Origin: a virus
Taxonomy: Duplodnaviria; Caudoviricetes
Reading direction: 5' to 3' (one strand)
IMG/VR virus record: IMGVR_UViG_3300025270_002291
Location: 1 to 33,326 of that record
DNA: 33,326 nucleotides
Shown piece after piece: positions 27,201-33,326 of the stretch. A model generated the notes under the pieces. It had not been told where the DNA came from. It saw only the letters and a list, made by a program, of their open reading frames with translations, and did no database searches. The first letter of the stretch is position 1. Each line of letters opens with the position of its first letter. The translations under genes and the position numbers were made by a program.

Positions 27201-28218
27201 GAGCCTGATTTACTCTTTACCTGTGGTCTATGGTGAGCGGTGGTATATCCGTCTGGCCGGAGTCGATGTCTGGGGTGAAGATGAGCTGATATTTAGCGAT
27301 GAAGTCAATGCTAAAAGTTCAGAAGTTGTCGCCACCGTCATTCATGATGACTTTATCGAAACACCGATGTTAAAGGCGAATGCGGTAACGGCTGAGAAAA
27401 TTACGGTCCCGAACCTTTCCGCAATATCGGCTGTGCTTGGTACGGTCACAAGTGGCATATTCAAAACCACGTCCACGCTGGGTTATCGTGTGGAAGTGTC
27501 CAGTGAGGGTGATTATCCGATCTGGTACGGGGTTGGGGCCAAAGATGCGGCCAATGGCGTTTTTTATGTCGATAAAAACGGCAATATGGTCGCTAAGGGC
27601 ATCACTATCTATAACGATAGTGGCGATGTGGTTTTGTCATCCGGTGGCAATATTTCATCAAGCAATATTGTCGGTCTTGGTGACATTGCCAGCATTGACC
27701 AAATCACCGCCGCGAATATCAGTACCTATATGGGGCCAGCGGCCATCAAAAATGCTTACATCGGTGATGCTGAGGTTGATACGTTAAAGATTGCCGGCCA
27801 GTCCATTATTTTGAGTGAGGGAGCTTATAGCTCTAGTACGACAGCAATTGGTCTTGGATATACAACAGTATTGTCTAAAACAATAAATATACCTGACGTG
27901 GTTGACGGCTCAGTATTAATCATTCAATTCAAGAGCGCAACGATGGCAAGGGCACCAAACTACTATAGTAGTTTGACTGCTAGCTGGCGAATTTTAGTAA
28001 ATGGTGTTCAAGTCCTGGTCGAGTCGTTTGTTGTGGCATCTAATCTAGTAGATAATTCAGGCAACACTAACGCCATTCCTGGAATGATGGTTTTAAACTT
28101 TCCGTATGCGTTAACGTACTCGGGAGATTTCACAGTCACGATTCAATCATTAGCCTCTAACTCGGGTAATTATGATGCAAGATACAAATCAATGGTTCTT
28201 ACGGCCGGCAAACGATGA
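24271..28218 (+). CDS. Central tail fibre/host specificity protein J with fused N-terminal gpI-like domain
   Basis: GDVIMLCPRVHG, N.ARL..PIP..YGRHRIYPD, FN3-like repeats, LSAISAVLGTVTSG, AYIGDAEVDTLKIAGQS. Confidence 0.9.
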   Translation: MTALIKVLESPLNAHNGDEINVDAGHTIDQTLSKASRTYQGPTKTVLCYLNGHEVKSGEWKSKIIEKGDVIMLCPRVHGFDPFTIAIIISIALAVVAYSLISVPTVDVGDTLPEQSPTYDIDARGNKARLNKPIPARYGRHRIYPDFASSPYREFIGDDQYLYQLFAIGQGEYEYEALKIGDTPIANFDEVEYAFYSPGQKITLFRDAVNVSPDVTNATLYAPNEADYSGWTGPFIANDVDTVAEELAIDLVIPKGLYYANDDGGLDQRSVVVQFEYQDVDEYGTGVGSWTLFKHQTYTNATVDAIRRTLKGAITTTTGRVQVRGKRNNNTVNDYKQSDEIRWVGLKAYLESNQTYNHSTWAVKARATDNLSNQNERLFNLVATRKLPIWDGTQWLPEQATRSIAWAYCDALKAEYGGLYTDKNLPLAKLKTLDDLWASRGDYFDGQFDTKITLWEALKKICLVGRAYPYQYGDQFDIIRDGPTPANVYMFNGRNILSGSMNVTYHTPDEYADDSVEVKYVDPNTWEEDPIIAAVPGSPAERPKQVSLFGCTNRMQAHREAMFMAAVQYYRNISADFKTELDGRVLDYLDGAIVSQDMSKWGKGGEIVAVDGNKITLSEPVDFELTGSHQILFRQDDGVASEPFECTSEANRNEVTVLGTLPEYLYTGDDKEKTYYTFSSPVSIPRSMLVQNVQSSGDMEVQISTVLDNPIVHTFDELINNGTIVTTPAVEAKEEPIFAITNLIVVQTGTVTDPKLMLSWSPAAKALRYLVDVSYDEGATWSRAATVATNGVTISVLPGTVDVRIAPQNDEIGQWFQRQVEVGSEFAKPEPPTGLVLKTPFVGTSATVEWSDQPTAAAWFVEVSDLIGEVKYSENSNKTEFSFTYAQAATYGIGREFDITVYSVNGNGVLSDTGTTLRVKNNQVQKITGVTIRSIVDQLVIEWQQPTEADFDHIRLYASQTEGFIPGTSNLIEPNIRSLIYSLPVVYGERWYIRLAGVDVWGEDELIFSDEVNAKSSEVVATVIHDDFIETPMLKANAVTAEKITVPNLSAISAVLGTVTSGIFKTTSTLGYRVEVSSEGDYPIWYGVGAKDAANGVFYVDKNGNMVAKGITIYNDSGDVVLSSGGNISSSNIVGLGDIASIDQITAANISTYMGPAAIKNAYIGDAEVDTLKIAGQSIILSEGAYSSSTTAIGLGYTTVLSKTINIPDVVDGSVLIIQFKSATMARAPNYYSSLTASWRILVNGVQVLVESFVVASNLVDNSGNTNAIPGMMVLNFPYALTYSGDFTVTIQSLASNSGNYDARYKSMVLTAGKR

Positions 28219-28631
28219 ATATTAATTTTTATGTCATCTACAATCCGTCCGGTGAAATCGTTTTACAAACAAGTGGTAAATACCCACATGAAAACGACAT
28301 ACCAGAGAATTGTCAGGTATTAAAAATCAGTCCTGAATTTCAAGGCTTTATTGATGACACAAAATATTATGTGGACGTGTTGGAAGGCACTCTTGAGCTG
28401 CGTGCTGAAAGTGATATCGATATTGATAAATCAATTATTCAGGCTGATGGTGTTGAAAAAGTTACTTTCTCATCTATTCCAATGGACGCCGAGGTTTTTG
28501 TGGATGGTCAGACTGTGGGTCTTTGTGATGACGGTGTTTTTGAGTTTTCATCTGATGTGGTTGGCTCTCACACCGTCACCATCAAAAAAGTGGAATTTCT
28601 CGATTACCAGGTAACGATCAATGCAGTATAA
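28215..28631 (+). CDS. Tail-associated hypothetical protein
   Basis: ATGA overlap with J; YVIYNPSGEI and ADGVE motifs typical of post-J genes. Confidence 0.75.
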   Translation: MNINFYVIYNPSGEIVLQTSGKYPHENDIPENCQVLKISPEFQGFIDDTKYYVDVLEGTLELRAESDIDIDKSIIQADGVEKVTFSSIPMDAEVFVDGQTVGLCDDGVFEFSSDVVGSHTVTIKKVEFLDYQVTINAV

Positions 28632-29046
28632 ACAAACCCGTTTTTCCTCATTAGATGATGCTGTTGAGCAGCTTTTAAATGATGTCGATATCGCAGCCGG
28701 TAATGCCAGAGCAAGGTACATCACCACCGTTCAGGGGCAAGAGGCCGTCTATACCGAAAAAATGCGACAGGCTAAAGCTTATCGCGATGCCGGATTCCCT
28801 GCTGATACAACGGGGTATGAAATGATAGTGGCAGAATTTAATGCACGCGAAACGTCATTAGAAGAAGCGGCGCTATTCATCATCGCAACCGCCAACGAAT
28901 GGAACAACGTGTTATCCCCACAAATAGAGCAGCTAAGAGTGGGTACAAAAAACAAACTGAATGCGATGAGGCAAACAGGCACCGCCACACCACAACAGGC
29001 CCTTGCCTTGGCTTATCCAGCCATTGATGCATTAAAAACGATTTAA
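28621..29046 (+). CDS. Tail fibre assembly/chaperone-like protein
   Basis: VD.AAG.ARARYIT...GQEAVY.EK..QA.AY motif. Confidence 0.65.
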   Translation: MQYKQTRFSSLDDAVEQLLNDVDIAAGNARARYITTVQGQEAVYTEKMRQAKAYRDAGFPADTTGYEMIVAEFNARETSLEEAALFIIATANEWNNVLSPQIEQLRVGTKNKLNAMRQTGTATPQQALALAYPAIDALKTI

Positions 29047-29069
29047 CTTAATCAATAACTCAAACAAAG

Positions 29070-29091
29070 ACCGCCACCAGGCGGTTTTTTT
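29070..29091 (+). terminator. Rho-independent terminator
   Basis: ACCGCC-ACCA-GGCGG followed by T7. Confidence 0.75.
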
Positions 29092-29108
29092 ATGCCCGGA
29101 GAAAATAC

Positions 29109-31757
29109 ATGAATCTAGGACTTCAGTTAGCGCTTGGTGGTTTGAGGAAGCGGGGTGGCTGGACGGGTGATTTAATCACGGAGTCATCTTTCATTGTTGC
29201 CCGTGAGCAGTCGATCACAGTTAATGAGAAAGCGCGCATTGACTTGCAGATGAAGATATCAACAGACAACAGGCCCAACCCTATGGGTGTTGTTATCGAT
29301 CTGATTACAGACTCAACCTTTTACGGAATAGATAACCCTGTTTGGGAGTGCTCCTTCTGGACTGCTTTTGGTGATGAGGGTGCAACATTACAAAACGTTG
29401 GTAGCGAGTTTGGTAGAAATAACGCAAATTTAGCACAAGGTGGGGTTGTCGGGCATGTTTACGGAGATGAAGGGATATTCACTGCGGTATCTATGTGCAA
29501 GCATCACGCCACTGGTAAGCTTGGTTTCGCAGTTCATACGTTTACAACGCTAAATGCAGATACATTTTACGCTGGCACACAAACAATTTGCCTTGACCCG
29601 TCTGGTGCGTTTACTGGCGCGCCCACTGGTAGCTTACAGTACACCGAATGGTCATCAGCAAAAGCAGCGATGTTGGCGAAGGGCGAGAACGCTCGATTTC
29701 TTATAGCAAGAGATCAGACAGTTGTAGCGGATGATTTTAACTTCTACGTTAAAAAAGGCTGTCAATATGGTGGTTTTGGTACAGGTTTAGACCCAAAGAT
29801 TACATTTAGCAGGCCGCCCGCTGATGGAGGTAAAAAATTATTTTACGCACAATACTGGCGCCATCCAAGTGAAGATTCAATAATTTTTGAGTTAAATATT
29901 GAGTCTAATTATGACGTTGAAACTGGCGTTGGGGAAGATTTTTCTGTTACTCCTATAGCGGGAGATGGATCTATAGGGGTAACAGTGTGGCGTACTTCTT
30001 TATCTGGTGTAGGGATAGGGATAAACATCTCTGATGACGGTTCAAACTTAACTTCCAACGTTTTAATTCAAGACAACAGCATAACAAACTGGCAGAACTA
30101 CGGAGTTTTTGGTGGTTATAGGTTAGCTGTTTTTCAGGGTAACTCAATTAAGCAGAGTAACCTTGCTCTTACTGGGCTTAAAGGGGCTAAAGATAAATAT
30201 TTTCAACTTTTTGACGGGGATGGAGTCACTACGAGTCGGGTTCTTACAGACATATACATAGACAATAATCCCTCAGAGTTGCACGTTTTTGACTACGAAC
30301 CACCATTGTCTGGAGATTCTGGCGGCGTTTATACTGAGCTGGTTTCTGGAGTTGACTACACGTTCACGCTAGGAACAGATGCAACCTCCACCACAGCGTC
30401 AGATGGGACTCATCAAATTGATTTAACAGTGGCTACAGCTAATGGGCACAAGTTATACGTGCATTATAGCTACTACCCTTGGCACGGCCCGATACGAATG
30501 GGTAAATACGACAGTATAGGGGTTATTCAAAATGAAATGAGGTCTAGGAATGGATGGTCATCAGACGGCAAAGGGCATCAGCCTAACCTTAGATTAGGGT
30601 CGAACGGCGAGGCGTCAGATGTTTGCTTTGTTATGAATAACGATTTTGACGGGGGATTCCAGAATATTGCAATTGGCCCAGCCAATTCTGATACTAGGCA
30701 ATTTCCTTGCCTGCCGATGGTTTTTGCTTACAACATTTTGAGAGGTAACAGTTATACAAGGTCGTCAATAACTTTGGGACGAACGAATGTCTTGTTTAAA
30801 AATAACATCGGCATCAGAGAGGATGCACAGAGTGTATTGGGTGCATATGATGCATTTATAGAGTATGGTAGAAATGAAGCTTCAGAGTCGGATTTAGATG
30901 TATTTCCGGTTTTGAGCGTTAATAATTCAGTAATTAATCTGACAACTACAGCAAACACTCCAGCAAACACAGTAATATTAAAATCCGTTGACACCCCCTT
31001 CCCCCTCGTTAGTGACATAAATAACCTGCTTTATCATCAAGATCGCCCTACTACGTGGCCCGTCAACTATGATCCTTTAGATTCTAGTGAATATTACAGA
31101 CCACAAGATGGTAGTCCGGCGCTCAATACAGGTACGCAAAATCAATATGTTTGGGATGATATTAGCGGCAAATTAATCGACGGAAATTACAGTTTTGGTG
31201 CTTATGCCACAGCGGACTCATCTGTGTTTGAGCTTACTTTTAATGCAACAAACTCAGCGCGAGTAACTTTCCCATTAATTACATTAACATCTAACCAGAA
31301 ACTTCAACTGACATTTTCTGCTGCCCCTTCTGGTGGTGTAAGACGATTCTTAATTGATAGGGATAGCGGTGCTGCGGCAGGAAATAGGGCTCCACTAGAG
31401 TTTGACGAGAATGACATGCTTGCATATTTAGGGGACAAGTTCTCTGATGTTAAATTTGATGGAGTATCGACCGGGCTCGGAGACGATATTAGTGCTTATC
31501 TCGATGAGCAAGAGCATGTGATATTAGCGACTGTAACCTCTGGACAAACAGCAGAATTTGGAACTCTTGGATGCTCATATGTAAATTCTTTATTCTTTGA
31601 TGGAATAATCAAAAATGTTAAATGGCTTGATACAGACGATACACCTTTGTTTGAGCTTGCTTTAAATTCCGGAAGCATCACTACTGAAGATTTCACAACA
31701 GGCGATAGAGTGGCAACGTTTGTTAATGTAGTTGAAGGTGATTGGTCAGCAGTTTAA
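29109..31757 (+). CDS. 882-aa virion fibre/spike with PKD-like, right-handed beta-helix and lectin-like regions
   Basis: GGAG RBS; N-terminal MNLGLQLALGG; GHVYGDEGIFT; Asn/Gly-rich strand repeats; YRPQDGSPALNTG...FGAY; C-terminal FFDGIIKNVK. Confidence 0.7.
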   Translation: MNLGLQLALGGLRKRGGWTGDLITESSFIVAREQSITVNEKARIDLQMKISTDNRPNPMGVVIDLITDSTFYGIDNPVWECSFWTAFGDEGATLQNVGSEFGRNNANLAQGGVVGHVYGDEGIFTAVSMCKHHATGKLGFAVHTFTTLNADTFYAGTQTICLDPSGAFTGAPTGSLQYTEWSSAKAAMLAKGENARFLIARDQTVVADDFNFYVKKGCQYGGFGTGLDPKITFSRPPADGGKKLFYAQYWRHPSEDSIIFELNIESNYDVETGVGEDFSVTPIAGDGSIGVTVWRTSLSGVGIGINISDDGSNLTSNVLIQDNSITNWQNYGVFGGYRLAVFQGNSIKQSNLALTGLKGAKDKYFQLFDGDGVTTSRVLTDIYIDNNPSELHVFDYEPPLSGDSGGVYTELVSGVDYTFTLGTDATSTTASDGTHQIDLTVATANGHKLYVHYSYYPWHGPIRMGKYDSIGVIQNEMRSRNGWSSDGKGHQPNLRLGSNGEASDVCFVMNNDFDGGFQNIAIGPANSDTRQFPCLPMVFAYNILRGNSYTRSSITLGRTNVLFKNNIGIREDAQSVLGAYDAFIEYGRNEASESDLDVFPVLSVNNSVINLTTTANTPANTVILKSVDTPFPLVSDINNLLYHQDRPTTWPVNYDPLDSSEYYRPQDGSPALNTGTQNQYVWDDISGKLIDGNYSFGAYATADSSVFELTFNATNSARVTFPLITLTSNQKLQLTFSAAPSGGVRRFLIDRDSGAAAGNRAPLEFDENDMLAYLGDKFSDVKFDGVSTGLGDDISAYLDEQEHVILATVTSGQTAEFGTLGCSYVNSLFFDGIIKNVKWLDTDDTPLFELALNSGSITTEDFTTGDRVATFVNVVEGDWSAV

Positions 31758-31773
31758 ATGTTAACAACAGAAG

Positions 31774-31795
31774 AACCCGCTTCGGCGGGTTTTTT
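31774..31795 (+). terminator. Rho-independent terminator
   Basis: AACCCGC-TTCG-GCGGG followed by T6. Confidence 0.85.
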
Positions 31796-31814
31796 ATTGC
31801 CTAAGGAAAAGCCA

Positions 31815-32342
31815 ATGAAAAAGAGAATCATAGCCGGTGTTATTGGTGGTCTTGCTCTTGCCAGTCAGCCATTGCTCGATTTTCTCAGCAAGTGGGAAGG
31901 TGGCAGTGAAGGCATGACGGTTTATGCTGACAAGCTGGCAAATGGCCTGCCTACAGCATGTCACGGAATAACAAAGTACGTGACTGATGAGCCTGTGATA
32001 GTGGGGGAATACTGGTCGAAAGAGAAATGTGATCGGGTAATGAGTATTGCAGTCATTAAGGTTCAAACAAATCTCATCGACTGTATTGGGTTTCTACCAC
32101 CGCAAACTGTTTTTGATGGCTTATCTAGTCTTGCGTGGAATGTTGGCTATGTTAAAGCGTGTAACAGCCAGTCAGCTAAATACGCAAGACAAGGTGAATA
32201 TAAGAAAGCGTGTGACTTACTGGCAACGACTTTCTCTGGCAAGCCGAACTGGTCATATGCGAGTGGTCAGTTCATCCAAGGCTTATATAACCGCAGGCAA
32301 GATAATCGCGATAATCTTTGTTTGGCAGGACAGTACGAATGA
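31815..32342 (+). CDS. Endolysin, GH24 lysozyme, probably SAR type
   Basis: AAGGA RBS; KKR plus a Gly/Ala-rich hydrophobic N-terminus; WEG...Y.D.....PT.CHG.T; AWNVG; GL.NRR. Confidence 0.9.
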   Translation: MKKRIIAGVIGGLALASQPLLDFLSKWEGGSEGMTVYADKLANGLPTACHGITKYVTDEPVIVGEYWSKEKCDRVMSIAVIKVQTNLIDCIGFLPPQTVFDGLSSLAWNVGYVKACNSQSAKYARQGEYKKACDLLATTFSGKPNWSYASGQFIQGLYNRRQDNRDNLCLAGQYE

Positions 32343-32809
32343 AAACCTATCTAGCCATATTCCTTGTCGGCTGTGCTATTGGTGCCTTGGTTAATGGCTG
32401 GCGTTTAAACGCTGACATTGCAGAACTAAAAACAGCACACAGCGACCAGTTAAGAGCTATCTCTGACGAAGCATTAAAAACACAGCAATCATTACAATCT
32501 GAACTCGATGCAAACGAGAAGCTATGGGCAACAGCAGACGCAATTCAATACCAAACTATATTAGAGGCCAGAAATGAAATTGATAATCTTCGCCATGCTG
32601 TTAATGATAAGTCTAAGCAGCTGCTCGTCAATGCAACCTGTTCAGCAGCCGGTAGCGATAACGTGTCCGAAACCGAAACCGATACCAGCATGGGCCAAGG
32701 AACCTCCCCCAGACTTACTAAAGACGCTGAACGGAATTATTACACCCTCGTCGAGCAAATAACTACAATGACAGCTCAGCTTAATTATTATCAGGCAAGA
32801 TGCGAGTAA
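32339..32809 (+). CDS. Rz-like inner-membrane spanin
   Basis: N-terminal TM then VNGWR; coiled coil; L.VNATC; PRL..DAERNY..L...I. Confidence 0.9.
   Translation: MKTYLAIFLVGCAIGALVNGWRLNADIAELKTAHSDQLRAISDEALKTQQSLQSELDANEKLWATADAIQYQTILEARNEIDNLRHAVNDKSKQLLVNATCSAAGSDNVSETETDTSMGQGTSPRLTKDAERNYYTLVEQITTMTAQLNYYQARCE
32574..32762 (+). CDS. Rz1-like outer-membrane lipoprotein spanin, embedded in Rz
   Basis: Signal peptide with lipobox LSSC; Pro-rich CPKPKPIPAW; GAGG RBS; alternative frame inside Rz. Confidence 0.88.
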   Translation: MKLIIFAMLLMISLSSCSSMQPVQQPVAITCPKPKPIPAWAKEPPPDLLKTLNGIITPSSSK

Positions 32810-32810
32810 A

Positions 32811-33326
32811 TCATTTATTAGTCCAGCCAATCACTTTTGCCGGAATACCTGCAACAACAGCAAAATCTGGAACATCTTTTGTAACTACGGCGTTAGCGCC
32901 TATTAATGCGTGTTTACCTATGGTGATATTTCCAATGATTTTAGCTCCTGCCCCAATATCAACATGACCCCCAATAATTGGGGCGCCACTTCCGTTGCGT
33001 TTAACACCGATTGTTACTTGTTGATGAATTAGGCAGTTTGGCCCAATAACAGCTTTATGATGAATCACAATCCCATTAGGATGAGGAATTGATGCCCCGC
33101 CACCAATCTGACAGTTTAGCGGGATATCAGCGCATGATATAACAGACCAAAAACGGTAACGAAAAACAGTCATTTTCTTCAATAATTTATTTAGAAAACC
33201 CTTATTAGCTGCATATCGCTGATAATCACGTATTGAAGCTAATAACTTACGAGATGGTGACCAAAACCGCTTACCGCGCTCACGAGACCAGTCGGGTATA
33301 TCAGAAGATATTAATGATGAATCCAT
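32811..33326 (-). CDS. Serine O-acetyltransferase-like hexapeptide-repeat acyltransferase (CysE/WcaB-like); may extend beyond the window
   Basis: IPHPNGIVIH, IG.NC.I.QQVTIG, VDIGAGAKIIG, IGANAVVTKDVP and GIPAK left-handed beta-helix motifs. Confidence 0.88.
   Translation of the reverse strand: MDSSLISSDIPDWSRERGKRFWSPSRKLLASIRDYQRYAANKGFLNKLLKKMTVFRYRFWSVISCADIPLNCQIGGGASIPHPNGIVIHHKAVIGPNCLIHQQVTIGVKRNGSGAPIIGGHVDIGAGAKIIGNITIGKHALIGANAVVTKDVPDFAVVAGIPAKVIGWTNK

Larger units (their letters stand above)
1..32809 (+). mobile_element. Lambda-like siphovirus prophage/phage segment (replication to lysis); left end and att sites outside the window or not recognised
   Basis: Co-oriented, tightly overlapping ORFs in lambdoid order: rep, Q-like, cos, terminase, portal, S49, gpD, gpE, tail, TMP, J, lysozyme, Rz/Rz1. 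Confidence 0.95.

Noticed and set aside
24271-31757. Diversity-generating retroelement or invertible tail-fibre system
   Set aside because: No reverse transcriptase or invertase in the window, and no TR/VR pair or inverted cassette was noticed
913-32830. Numerous short antisense or alternate-frame ORFs in the track (e.g. 5251-5595, 6982-7452, 17251-17655, 27437-27787, 32047-32394)
   Set aside because: They are shadows of well-supported phage genes with no motifs or RBS; only Rz1 and the gpT frame are supported
32760-33326. attR / prophage right boundary
   Set aside because: No tRNA fragment or core repeat is identifiable without the other end of the element

Overview
About 32.8 kb of a lambda-like (long non-contractile tail) temperate phage or prophage, probably from a Gammaproteobacterium (inference). 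All phage genes are on the + strand. Order: 3' end of the early region (truncated LuxR-type HTH gene, small ORFs); replication initiator with five internal iterons and a P-like gene; nin-like ORFs including a P-loop kinase; a Q-like antiterminator; a ~4 kb accessory block; late terminator and holin-like gene; lambda-type cos; terminase; gpW, portal, S49 protease/scaffold, gpD and gpE head module; tail module with a -1 frameshift chaperone; tape measure; tail tip; an 882-aa beta-helix fibre; SAR-type endolysin with Rz/Rz1; and a convergent serine-acetyltransferase-like gene at the right edge. No integrase, att site, CRISPR array, tRNA or rRNA was seen. Most notable: (1) the accessory block next to cos holds two self-contained operons. 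Each has a sigma70-like promoter overlapped by its own palindrome and a structured leader, and each ends in a small predicted DNA-binding protein (an unannotated 50-aa Zn finger; an HTH). Their cargo is a polyvalent N6-adenine methyltransferase and small unknown proteins, which is an acr-aca-like anti-defence layout. (2) A possible RcGTA-type head-spike base plus head-fibre pair is split 12.5 kb apart. (3) The lysis cassette is split. All family assignments come from motif recognition by eye and synteny, not database searches.
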